In this document: piece after piece, positions 14,061 to 28,400 of the stretch
How positions within the stretch are numbered: the stretch's first letter is position 1
Layout of the letters: every line of letters starts with the position of its first letter
Source of the DNA: Eledone cirrhosa
Lineage: Eukaryota
Assembly (NCBI GenBank): GCA_964016885.1
Contig: OZ024741.1
Coordinates: forward strand, 41,106,001 to 41,170,000
Length of the DNA: 64,000 nt
Direction of reading: 5' to 3'
Program-made: the position numbers and the translations under genes
Notes under the pieces: model-generated
Database searches by the model: none
What the model was told of the DNA's origin: nothing
Seen by the model: the letters and a program-made list of their open reading frames with translations, nothing else

Positions 14061-16129
14061 AAAACAAGAATGACATAAAAAGGTCATATGTAATATTAAA
14101 TATTTTTTACATTTGTTTCAGCATGCTGGCATAAATTAAATTGTTTTACACTGATTGTTGCAAGAATTGTGTATGGTAAGTGTTTTGATTTTACAGTTGA
14201 ATGCTTTGCCAAAATGGCATCTAATCAAGTGTGATGTAAAAGTGATGTTACCTATTTTCCAGTTGGGTTGGCCTAGGCAAGAGCAAAATTAGTAAGATAC
14301 CAGACCAAGCTACAAACACACAGACACACATGGACAGAATGGACCTCTGTCGATTTTGATAATGAATATGCCTTCTCTATTCTGCCCGCCTGGGCCATGG
14401 GGCAGCCAGCATGTGGGCCCTCATAATAGTGAGAGATGGGGAGAACGGGAAAGACAGAAACCGTGAAAGTTGGAGTTTGGTTCTTTTGTGTTTGGACCTG
14501 GTGTATATGCATATGTTTTACAGCCTCTCTCTTCACACACACACAACTACATCATATGTGTTGATACACATCTTTAGTATAAATATATATGCAGTTTAAT
14601 TGTATGCCAGTTGTTGAGCATTCTACAGTCACAGATATCTTTAACCAGAAACCAACTTGGTCTTAAAATCAGTCAGGGTATCTGTTTCCAGTCAGGTTGG
14701 CTTATTGATCATTAATATGTTATTAGTAAGCAAGGTATAAAGTATATTAAAGGGACAGTTTGTATTTCTGAATGTACATAAATATTGTCAGAATCATCAT
14801 CCTCATCATAATCATCATCAGCACTTTTACATCCGTTTTTCCACACTTGCATGGGTTGGACAGTCTAAGGAATTTAAAATTAACAAATATATTTATTACA
14901 TGCTAGAGTTATCTGCCCTTGGTCCCAGCTGACAAGATATTATCTGAGAAAATAAAGAAAGGCTAAGGTTCAATCCATTTTCATTTTAATCTTTGTGCAG
15001 CAGTCATGACTCTTTTTGTAGCAGTCATGACTCTTTTTGTGACAGTTTCTCAGCATTTTTTTAAAACCCAGCTTAGAAACTTGAGCATCTTTTATGTTAT
15101 AAGTTCAAAGTGCATTGAGATAAATATTACTCACAATTTTCTCGTTTTGATTAAATACCAGTCAAGTACTGATTAAATACCAGTTAAGTACCAGTCTAGT
15201 ACTGAGACTTCCTTCTATATTTGTAGCCTTGTGCCTATGTAGAAATTTATAAACTAACTAGACATTACCCAAATATCCATATCAGGGGCAAAGGGACCGT
15301 GCATGCAATGCATGCAGTGCATGCGTTATAGAATCTTGAGTTGATCAATTGCGTCGATTGAAGCAAGCAGAATTTTGACTGCTTACTAATTCGTAGACAC
15401 ATAAAAAGATAACACACACACACACAAACACACAAACACACGACAGCTTTGGGGTAAGCAGAATTTTGACTGCTTACTAAATCGTAGACACATAAAAAGA
15501 TAACACACACACACTAGATAACACTACATGCGGCTTTGACCAGGAGGGTCATTTAGAGGGAATTGGGGAGGGGGGTAAGGCTGCACAGCCCTACTTTCCG
15601 CCATGGCGATTGGACTGCATGCCCTGCTTTCCAGGTTACCCTTCGCCACTGATCCATATAGCAAGTCCACTTTGCCCTTAACATAATTCTCAGCAAAATC
15701 AAGAGAAATACATCCTACACAAAGAAGAGTTCCGTGAGGTGGGGGAGGGTTGGCTGGCTGATGTAGCAGGTGTTGCTGGTTGTACCCCATGTCATTGTTT
15801 TCACCATCTTGTCTACAGAGTCTAGCTGAGATATACCACCTACCCAGGGTTGTAGAGCCTGCTCCACACTTTCCCTTCCTCTCTTTTTTTATTCCCAGGC
15901 TGAAACTGACGGAGGTCCACTTAATATAAAACATCTGAATAAGTTACAACACTAGGATATCCTTCTAAAGTGATGTTTAATAAATTTCTGTTTGAAACCA
16001 AATTAAATAGTGGCTATTTCTTTATCATAAGCTACTTTCTTCCAGACATTCTAGACATATTACAGCTGAGTAGACCTGATTTATCAGCTAACTTTCCAGA
16101 AAGCTATTTAACTTTCGTTTCACTTTCAT

Positions 16130-16710
<581 letters not shown>

Positions 16711-17811
16711 TAGTGATTCAGAAGCCAAGGTTTATCAGCCAGTAGCCTTTTTACAGATTGTAATTTTTGATGTCATAAACTCAACTAAGTGCACAACTAG
16801 CCACAAACAGAAGTTTATGAATACACATGCATGCACAAACACATACATACATTCACACTGCATACACTGGTTTCCTTCCAACCAATCATATTGCATCATT
16901 TGTATCTTTGACCAAGAAGTAATTGGTGAACAGAAAATATTGCATATATCATACTGGCAGACTAACAAGGAGTGGTGGTTGTATTAGTGGTAGTAGTAGT
17001 AGTGGTGAGTGGTGGTGGCTGAGAAGAAGAAAAAGAAGAAGAAGAAGAAGACAATGACAAGGAAGAAAGAAGAAGAAGCTGAAGTAGTAGAAGGTCTAGG
17101 AGATGAAATATATTCATACAGTCTATAAAATCCAAAAATGGTAAAATGGCAGCAGAGGAGGAACTTGTTCTTTTTAAAGGAAAGTGAAAAATGGGCAACA
17201 TGATGCAGCAGAAGGAAGTTCAATGGTAGTTAGTTTGGTATCCACCCTGGGGGGCTTATTTTCTTCTCACACACTACCATATAAACTTTTCAAATGAACA
17301 AACAAAAAATACTCAACAGACCAACAGTAAAAACAAATAACTCTTATGTATAAGCCAAGATTCCATTATTAATACTTTCCTTTTTATTCAACATTATAGA
17401 AATAATAGTAAAATAGCAAAACAGAAAAAGAATGAAATAAATTTGAATAATAAATCAATAATGGTAGAAGCATAGCCGTGTGGTTAAGGTGGTTGTTTTG
17501 TAACTATGAGTTCAGGGTTCAATCTCACTGCATGTGTTTTCTGCTATATGATATAGCTTCAGGTTTGGTAAATGGAAAACTGAAGAAGCTCATTGTATAT
17601 ATGTATGTCACTACATATATACACCACCATCATCATCATCATCGTCACCACCACCATCATCATCATCATTTTTACATTGGCTTTCAATGCTGGCATGGGT
17701 TGGATGGGACTATTTGAGGCAGTTTCTCACAGTTGGATGTCCTTTCTGACACCAACCCTTTTAGTTGCTTTTTACAACATTCAGGGATACAATATACTTA
17801 TTCTAAACTGG

Positions 17812-17844
<33 letters not shown>

Positions 17845-18041
17845 ATACCCAGAAAAACAGACATTTAATGATATCTATATACAAAAAGAAAAAATGGTAG
17901 ATGGAAACTGTAGAAGCCTATCATATTATATATATGTACACAAACACACACATATATATATATACACAGACACACACACACATATATATACACACAGACA
18001 CACATATATATACACACAGACACATATATATATACACACAG

Positions 18042-18082
<41 letters not shown>

Positions 18083-19199
18083 TATATATATGTATATATA
18101 CACACACACACATATATATCATCTTCATCACCGTTTAACATCCGTTTTCCATGCTAGCATGGGTTAGATGAGTTGTCCCATTATGAGACAAGCCAGTTCT
18201 GATGACCATGACTTGCTCATACAGGACTGGATGTCCTTCCTAACACCAACCATAACAATGATGATGATATATGTGTGTGTTATGAGACATCTCTCAATTT
18301 ACCTGTATACAGTTGAACATCTATGTTATGAGACATATCCATGTCTGTATTTGTACTTATGTCCCCTAAGTAGTTTGGCAAAATATGGCACGATAAAATA
18401 AGTACTAGACTTCAAAAACCTGAGCATTGGGGGCTGATATGATTGACTAAATCAAAGCATTATCACAGCATGGTCGCAATCTAATTACTAAAACAAATAA
18501 TAGAATAAAATACATTTTTAAAATCTTTACATTAAAATGAACAAAAAATATTATCAAAATAAATTAGTATAATTAAAAGAAAGGTACAAAAGAAAAAGAG
18601 AAAAAGAAAATATATTAAATGGAATTGTAAAATTTTCCATGACTGAGAGAACTGCAATAGCATTGAGATATTGTGATGTGGGTATTCAGTTGTGTATTTT
18701 GTTTTGTTTTTTCTACAGGTTTTTTCAATTAAATGGCAAGCAAGCCAGGTGATGGAAATGCTAATGAAAACAGCAACAACAACAACAGCAACAAAAAGGA
18801 AAACAAAAAACAAAACAAGAATACCAACAACAACAACAGCAATAAGAACAAGAACAACAGTAACAGCTACAACAAAACTATCGTAATAGAATATCAGTAG
18901 ACTATTATAAGTTAGTAAGATCAAACTTTAACTTTAAAAATAAAAAATAAATAAATAAGCACACAAATAAAAACAGAAGATAACACAAAATTCTCCCTAC
19001 AACAACAACAACAACAGCAACAAAAACAATAAAAACAACAATAACCACTACCGCAACAACAATAACAACAACACAAAAAGATCCACTTGTTAAGATGAGG
19101 AAAGTTCACTTAGTGTGTTACATTTACATACATACATATTCTAAATTCTAATTTAAATTTTGGTAATTTTAATGGAGGTAGGGTGTGTGTGTGAGAGGG

Positions 19200-19378
19200 G
19201 AGGAGAGAGAGAAGATATGATACTTTCATTTTGGGGGAGAGGGAGAGAGGGAGGTGGAGAGAGAGAAGATATGATACTTTCATTTCAGGGAAGGGGGAGA
19301 GAGGGTGGAGGGGAGAGAGAGAGAGAGGAGAAGGAAGATATGATACTTTCATTTCAGGGAAGGGGAGAGAGGGTGGAG

Positions 19379-19429
<51 letters not shown>

Positions 19430-19450
19430 AAGATATGATACTTTCATTTC
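19200..19450. repeat. Minisatellite, 4 x GAAGATATGATACTTTCATTT separated by GA-rich spacers
   Basis: The unit is visible near 19211, 19265, 19334 and 19429. Confidence 0.9.
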
Positions 19451-19519
19451 AATGAACAAATTACTAAGCTTTCTGTCACCAGAACAGTTAATGCAACTAA
19501 CACTGAAAGTAATTAAATC

Positions 19520-19930
19520 ATCATTATCATAGTCGTTAGAACATCATTATCATTGTCACCTTATCATCATTATCATCAGTCGTTACATCATCATCATCAT
19601 CATCATTGTCAACATCATCACTGTCAACATCATCATCATCACATCACCTTTGTCAACATCATCACATCAACATCATTATCATCATCATCATCATCATTGT
19701 CAAGATCACATCATTGTCACCATCATCACAATTACAACCATTATCACAACCTTGTCACCACTGTCATCATCATCACATTCTCACCATCACTACCACCACC
19801 ACCAACACCACTATCACCCCCCCCCCTAACACAACCCCCCCCCCCCCCACTACCACCACCACCATCACCACCACAATCACCACTACCACCACCATCATCA
19901 CCACAATCACCATCAATAACACCAACCAAT
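19520..19930. repeat. (CAT/CAC)n low-complexity tract
   Basis: Direct reading. Confidence 0.92.
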
Positions 19931-20199
19931 GTTATGAAGTGCATCTAGTTAGGTTTCAAGCACATCGTGACATTTGAATAGTCACAAGCTCTTATTTACC
20001 CATTATTTATTCATATAAGAGTTAGAGTTATCATTTTACATCCATTTGTCCTGCATGTGTAAGACGAATGAAGCCTGGAGCTTTTCCCTAGTTTCATGAG
20101 GCCTTAACCTTTTTCATACCAAACGACCTGAAACTGCCACTGGTCTAATGATACAAAACTGTTTATTACAAAGTACTTATATTTATGTAAAAAAAAATC

Positions 20200-20465
20200 T
20201 TCCATCATCATCATCATTATCATCATCAACATTTAACATCCATTTTCCATGCTAGCATGGGTTAGACGAGCTGTCCAGTTGTGAGACAAGTCAGGTTGGA
20301 TGACTGTGTTTTCCTCGCTCAACTAATTTTGGTTTGGTTTCTACAACTGGATGCCCTTCCTAATGCGAACCACATTTACAATGAAACTAGGTGTTTTTTA
20401 TCGTGACACCTACATAACCACTCTTCAGTGTGAACTGGGCACTTTTTGTCGTGACACCTATATGA
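20200..20465 (-). mobile_element. RTE-derived 3' tail (representative; similar tails near 14800, 17630, 18117, 26585, 36950, 41500-41835, 45380, 48190, 54700)
   Basis: (CAT)n followed by TTTAACATCCATTTTCCATGCTAGCATGGGTTAGACG...GGATGCCCTTCCTAA, matching the reverse-complemented RTE 3' end. Confidence 0.75.
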
Positions 20466-21303
20466 TGTTAGAATCTTAAGTTATTTTCCAAATACAAGCT
20501 TAACACTTTTGATACGAAATCAACTAAAATCACCCCTGTTTCTATGATACAAAACTGTTTATTATTTCCAACATAACTTTATGTATAAACATTTGTTAAG
20601 TTATGTTCCAAGTACCAACATGATAACAAGAAAGTTATATTACAAAATTTCTCAAAATTTGTTATCAAAATTCATTTGACAAATATAGGCACTTTCATTA
20701 GAGATAGTGTAACAACAGAATACATGGCAGTCAACCTAGACAAGATGTCTGTCACAGGGTTGCTGTTGGACCTGTTTTTCTGAGTAGACTGGAGCAATGG
20801 GAGATGAAGTGCCTTGCTTGGTGTGATGCCACTCTGTAGAATGCTCAGTCACTTACATGTTAATTTCATGAGCAGGCCAATCCATTGTTGAAAAACTGGA
20901 GCACTTTTCATCAAAACCAATGGAGGTTCATTCAGGTTCATATTCGATACCAGTTTGTCAATAAATATTGCAGTGAAATATGATAAAGGATATTTCAAAG
21001 GTGTACTTATTTTCTCACAAGATATGGGATACCTCTAGCTCATTAACTTTCTATTCTATGAGTAGTCCTAATGTCTGATTACAGCAAGCTTCACAGCTGG
21101 ACAATTATGAGTATTATCCCACTCTGGAGAAGGTCTCTTAAGTAAAGCAGTAGATAAACACAACAAATGTTTTAAACTGTTTTAAAAGAAAACTAATTTG
21201 AATCCATGTTCATATTAAATTTAAACAATTCATCATAATTTTATGTAAGAAATTTTTGTTAAATTCCTGCTTGGTATTTCTCATAAAAAAGCCAGATATA
21301 TAA

Positions 21304-21510
21304 TGGTTTCTACTTTAGGCACAAGGCCAGCAATTTGAAGGGGAAGGGAAAGTCGATTAAATCGACCCAGTGCATGACTGGTACTTTATTTTATCGACCT
21401 CATAAGGATGAAAAGCAAAGCTAACCTCGGCGGAATTTGAACACAGAATGTAAAGGGCCGTAACTCAATGCCTCAAAGCAGAGTGTCCAATGCTTTACCA
21501 ATTCTACCAA
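21304..21510 (-). mobile_element. SINE copy (others at about 26383-26570, 27390-27575, 30408-30625, 13870-14030, 52130-52258)
   Basis: Full-length match to the reverse complement of the 32435-32640 unit. Confidence 0.8.
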
Positions 21511-21765
21511 TAGTAAAATCCCATTAATTTCTTTATTATTTTTCAAATTAATAGAAAATCAGAGGCATTGTAATTTATCAGAAATATGTTAAAGAAAGGA
21601 TCAAGACCATTTTCCCCAGCTAAAGTAGGGGTTATACTTGTGGGTGTCATGACAAACTTCATCATATTCACCATGTTTTATAGCCAGAAGAAGCTCTTTC
21701 TGGTAATAACCCTGTTGGTTGCCTGATATACACAGTGTAAGGGAAGAAAACAATCTCTGGCAAAT

Positions 21766-22084
21766 ATTTGAGGACAGACTGAAAAGTCCATAAGCAGACC
21801 AAGATACTCTCATGAAATGACCAAATGAGGTTTCTTTTTCAACATAGTCCCTGGAAAGAAACAGCGTTCTTATTAATAAGAAGAGTTGAAATTAATGCAT
21901 GCAAGATTTCAAAGCTGACCAAGATACTCTAATGAAATAACCAAATGAGGTTTATTTTTCAACATAGTCCCTGGAATGAAACACTGCTGTTATTGATAAG
22001 AAGAGTTGAAACGGTTGCATGCAAGATTTCACAGCAATAGCATCACCCCTTCATAGCCTATGAACTTTTCAGCTGACCCGCATA
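21766..22084. mobile_element. Same mariner-type MITE in opposite orientation, with an internal 120-bp tandem duplication
   Basis: GACCAAGATACTCT...GCAAGATTTCA starts at 21797 and 21917. TIR GAACTTTTCAGCTGACCC. Confidence 0.72.
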
Positions 22085-22489
22085 TGTGGCGCTAGTTTAT
22101 CAGGTGAAAGAAAAAGAAGAAAATGCAAATAAAATACTTGGTTGATGAATGATCATTAATAGCTTATTTATGTTACAGTACTGTCGTGTGAGTGAAACTG
22201 GGTAGGCAGTGACTGGGAAGAAGCCCAACTGATGAATTTAACATGCAATTCAAAATGCCTGCTTTATCAGACACAGTATTATGCAGATTCAGCTTGAGAA
22301 TTAAGTTAGGCTGCAGGAATATCAGAACCATGGAGAGTGGTATAATGGTATGAAAATGAAGGGATACAGTTGATATATAACTTCATATATATAGTCCTAC
22401 ATACCTGCATGCAATATATACATATACACAAATGGACAAAAACACATCTGTATAAATGTATACATACATACATACATGTATGCATACAA

Positions 22490-22536
<47 letters not shown>

Positions 22537-22946
22537 AACATACATGTAAGCATACAAATACACATATATATATACAAACATACATGGATAAACATACACA
22601 CATGCATGAGTATGCACATGTATTAATGCACACATGCATAAGCATGTGTGTGTATGTAGGTAATGCAGCCGTACACATATACATACATATGAACACATGC
22701 ATATACACATACATGTGCATACATGCACACAAATATACATATCTAAATACATACAAGAGCACTCTTACATATACACATTCTCACACATACATATCTGCAT
22801 ACAGACACATACATATATACATACAGACACATATATATATATACAAACAACCACATAGATATATATATACATACAACCACATACATATCTACATACAGAC
22901 ACATATATATATATATACATACAACCACATACATATATACATACAG

Positions 22947-23026
<80 letters not shown>

Positions 23027-24642
23027 CCACATACATATATATACATACAGACACATACATATATACATACAGACACATACATATATATACATACAGACAC
23101 ATACATATATACATACAGACACATACATATATACATACAGCCACAAACATATATATATACATACAAACACATACATATATATATATACAGCCATATACAT
23201 ACAGACACATACATATCTACATACAGCCACATACATATATACATACAGCCACATACATATATACATACAGCCACATACATACATATATACATACAGACAC
23301 ATACATATATACATACAGCCACATACATATATACATACAGACACATACATATATACATACAGCCACATACATATATACATACAGACACATACATATATAC
23401 ATACAGCCACATACATATATATATACATACAGACACATACATATATATACAGCCATATACATATATACATACAGACACATACATATATACATACAGCCAC
23501 ATACATATATACATACAGACACATACATACAGCCACATACATATATACAGCCATATACATATATACATACAGACACATACATATACAGATACAGACATAC
23601 ATATATACATACAGCCACATACATATATACATACAGACACATTATATACATACAGACACATACATATCTACATACAGCCACATACATATATACATACAGA
23701 CACATACATATATACATACAGCCACATACATATATATATACATACAGACACATACATATATATATACAGCCATATACATATATACATACAGACACATACA
23801 TATATACATACAGCCACATACATATCTATACATACAGCCACATACATATCTATACATACAGCCACATACATATATATATACAGCCACATACATATATACA
23901 TACAACCACATACATATATACATACAGACACATACATATCTACATACAGCCACATACATATATACATACCGCCACATACATATATATATACAGCCACATA
24001 CATATAAACATACAACCACATACATATCTATAGATACAGACACATACATATATATATATATATACAGCCATATACATACAGATGCATACATATATACATA
24101 CAGGCACATACAAATCTACATACATACACATACATATATACATACAGCCACATACATATATACACACAGCCACATACATATCTATACATACAGACACATA
24201 CATATATACATATACAACCATATACATATATACATACAGACACATACATATATACATACAGCCACATACATATCTATACATACAGACACATACATATATA
24301 TATATATACAACCATATACATATATACATACAGACTCATACATATATACATACAGACACATACATATCTACATACAGACACATACATATCTACATACAGA
24401 CACATGCATATATACATACAGCCACATACATATATATACATACAGACACATACATATATATATATACAATCATATACATATATACATACAGACACATACA
24501 TATATACATACAGCCACATACATATATACATACAGCCACATACATATATATGTACAGCCATATACATATATACATACAGCCACACACATATATACATACA
24601 GCCACATACATATATATATACAGCCACATACATACAGACACA

Positions 24643-25458
24643 CAACCCTCCTCCTGCCTTGACCCTCTGACTACTACCTGTTGCGCGCACACCCCCACAT
24701 CTCCCCTCTTCCGACCAACCCAGCCACAGATTACACACATTGGACATCGCTCCCAAGAATCAACTACATCACAAGGAAATTACCCAGCATCCCACCACAT
24801 CCTCTACGGAACTACCTTAGGAACTTACCCACGGACATACACGCAAACAAATTTTTTTTCCCACACGCCACCTACATCCACAACACGTATAAACACCACA
24901 CACATGTGCGTACCACCACATATTTACACACTCAGCCTCCCGAATCCTCTCCCCCACCCCTCTGACCCCTCCCCATCCACACACGCACACACACACCGAC
25001 CTACACCCCACCCCACACACACCTTTTCTTGAACATGCAACCCCGTTCTTCCCCCAACTCTTACTTTCACATACACACACACACACGTACACCTACACAC
25101 ACACCACCTTCATCCCTCCCCGCTCGGACACCCCGCCTCCCTCTCTCCACTCCACCCGCCACCACCCCTACACGCCCCACACCCGTCCCCCACTTGTTTT
25201 ACTTCATGTTTATTTTTATTTTTATTATGCTTTTATATTTAATTTCATTTGTACCGTTTCCTCTCACCCCCTTTTTTCTATATGTCTCTCCACCACTCCC
25301 CTACACACCCTTGGAACTCTCTTCCCACACACTTTTCGCCTGAAGAAGGGCTTATGCCCGAAACGTCGTTCCCCACCACCACCCCACTCTCAAGAGCGTG
25401 AAACTAATAAACCTTTGTTCATACTGCCTCTCTGTTTTGTTCCCGTTAAATTTATCAC
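24643..25458 (+). mobile_element. C-rich retroelement 3' fragment ending in hammerhead motif, AATAAA and (TA)n; class unresolved
   Basis: Abrupt compositional change inside the minisatellite. Hammerhead motif at 25338-25369. Confidence 0.6.
25338..25369 (+). ncRNA. Minimal type I hammerhead motif
   Basis: CTGAAGA-a(GGGC ttat GCCC)-GAAA-CG-TC, with palindromic stem III ACGT and a very short stem I. AATAAA lies ~40 nt downstream. Confidence 0.68.
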
Positions 25459-28400
25459 TATATATATATATATATATACAGCCACATATATATCTACATA
25501 CAGACACATACATATCTACATACAGACACATACATATCTACATACAGACACATACATATCTACATACAGACACATACATATCTACATACAGCCACATACA
25601 TATCTACATACAGCCACATACATATCTACATACAGACACATACATATATACATACAGACACATGCATATATATATACATACAGACACATACATATATACA
25701 TACAGCCACATACATATATACAGCCACATACATATATACATACAGCCACATACATATATACATACAGCCACATACATATAAAGACATACATATATACATA
25801 CAGCCACATACATATATATACATACAACCACATACATATATACATACAGACACATACATATCTACATACAGACACATACATATATATACATATACACATA
25901 CAGACACATACAGCCACATAGAAACTTTATGGCAGCGATAGATGGAATGTGGTTCTTAAACAACACAACCTAAATCAGATTTAATTAATGTTATACATTA
26001 CAATTAACAGGTTTATATGTATAATTAATATAAAAATGCAACAACAAAATACAAAAGAAGACAAACAAAAAACCGATGGTGCGTAGAAAAAAGAATACTG
26101 TAATTATCAGGAGAGGGGACACACACAACATTTTCAGTACAGCTAATAAGATTGATTAAGATGTTATGTTAGCTGTTAGAATGAGTGAAAAGACATTTTA
26201 CTAAGTAGGCACTTCAAACGAAGAATAATTAGGAAAATGCTAATGAAATTTGGTTTCAATAGAAACGTCAGTGAGTTCTTAGAAAAAAATTTTTTTTTCT
26301 AAGCTTTTCAAGAATCCTGAAAAGTGAAAAACCAAAAAGTTTAAAAAAACATTGTGTTTTCTAAAATAAGATGAAAATAATTGTTTCTACTTTTAGAACA
26401 AGGCCAGCAATTACTCCAGTGTATTACTGGCGCTTTATTTTATTGACCCTGTAAGGATGAAAGGCTAAGTTAACCTTGGCGGGATTTGAACTCAGATCAT
26501 AAAGGACCGTAACTCTTTGCTGCAAAATATGGCATCCGACCCTCTACCAATACAGCCAATCCACTGCACTATGTAGGCGTATCTATCATCATCATCATTA
26601 TCATTGCAGATTAACGTCTATCTTCCACGCCAGCATGGGTTAGACGGGTTTGTCCCATTTACAGACAAGTTGGGTCGGGTGACCGTCTTGTTCATATAGG
26701 AGATTTTCTGGCTGGTTTTCAATGGCTGGATGCCCTTCCTAATGCCAACCATAAGATGAAAATAATATTACAGGCATGGCTGCAGGGTTAATAAGTTTGC
26801 TTAGCAACCACCGTGTGGTTTGGGGTTGTGTGATACCTTTAGTCAAGTGTTTTCTAATATAGCTTTGGGTTACCAAGCCATGTGAGTAAAATTTGGCAGA
26901 TGCAAACTGGTTCGAAGCCTGATATATAGATATATTTATGTGTATGTTCATGGCTTTCTTTACATTTACAGTTGGCTTGTGCCTTGTAACCTAGCAGTTT
27001 GATAGAAAGAAATTGATCAAATAAGTATTGGAGTAAATATAATTTACTAAAATCCATTCAAGATGGTCCCCACATGGCTACAGTTTAATGGCTGAAACCA
27101 GTGACAGAATAAAAATATGAAAATATGTTTTCTAAAATACAGTAATGAGTAGTGATTAATGTTGCAAGCCCTATGACAAGTTTTTTTCATTTTATTCTAT
27201 CTCCTGCATCCCCCTCACTAACCCACTGGCTTTCATTTTCTTCTCAGTCATGTCTTTCTTGGTCTTCTTCTTCCTCTACTTCCCTCTACATTTAGTTCCC
27301 TAATTCTATTCACCTAGTCACCTTCATCTTTTCTCTTCCCACCATCCTCTGCAATTCATTGTTTGTTTCCCACCTAAAAGAGTAAATAATTATTTCTACT
27401 TTTGGCACAAGGCCGACAATTATCCCAGTGCATTACTAGTACTTTATTTTATCGACCTCGTAAGGATGAAAGGCAAAGTTAACCTCGGCGGAATTTGAAC
27501 TCAGACCATAAAGGGCCGTAACTCTATGCATCAAAGCATGGCGTCCGACCCTCTACCGATACTGCCAATCCAATGTTCCCACTTAATGTATTGGGACTTT
27601 TTTTACAACTTAGTCAGATCTCAGGATGATGAACCTCATTAGCCCTTTAATATTTAAATCAGCCATATCCGGCCAGAATTCTCTCACTTCTTTCTGTTCA
27701 AACAGGCTGTAACTAGCTGATGTTAAGGTATTGTTCTGAAAATAAATAATATCAAAATCTCATAGATTATATATTATGTGAAATAATTATGTAAGATAAA
27801 GCCTTTACCCCAAAAATACAATAGTATATAGAGAGCAATGTAAATGCTGAAGGGTTAAGGAGATGACAAAGGATAGAGGGATGCTGTGATGGACAATAGT
27901 TGTTCAACCAATGCCAGAATGGAAAAATGGGATATGATGATGATGATGATGATGATGTTAATCTATTATGCTTACTTTTATATGTATTTCTCTCTACTGT
28001 TATGGGTTCGTTAAGTCTTCACACAAAACTCTTGTATCTATACAACTCTGTCTTGTCATTTCATTCTTATGAATGAATTTTTCCTTTCATTCTTTCAGGT
28101 TTGAGAAAATAAAGTATCAGTCTATGGCAGTGCATTATTGGAGTTGTTAAAGGATCAAATAAGATGCCTATTTGTATTCTGAGTTCAAATCCAACTGTAG
28201 ATAACTTGAAGTGGCAGATTTACTCTGTTGCCCTATTTAAATCCACCACTTGGTTCTTGGGTACCTTTAGAGGAGTCAGTTATGATGCAAGTATTCAGGC
28301 AAGGTCTATAGTCTTATGATACCTTTGTCACTCACACTGGTTTTATATAAAAGGTCGTAAAGCACTCTTCTCTCTTCCCTGACTAAATAGTAAAAAGATG

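Larger units (their letters stand above)
22790..25920. repeat. ~22-bp minisatellite (TACATATATACATACAG[A/C]CACA)n, interrupted by an insertion at about 24643-25458
   Basis: Directly visible periodic unit. It explains the 728-aa and overlapping low-complexity ORFs. Confidence 0.95.

Noticed and set aside
18700-18755. Possible 30-nt micro-exon (polypyrimidine-CAG...CAG/GTGATG); similar candidate at 14122-14175
   Set aside because: Splice-like signals only, with no homology or partner exons. The second overlaps sequence resembling a decayed RTE tail. It would need RNA-seq.
19200-19450. CRISPR-like repeat-spacer appearance
   Set aside because: The spacers are GA-rich variants of one another, the context is eukaryotic and there are no cas genes. 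It is a minisatellite.
22476-24662. 728-aa ORF and the many YIYI/VCVC/HTHT, poly-D/G, poly-S, poly-L and poly-F ORFs
   Set aside because: They are translations of stop-free micro/minisatellites with no domain content.
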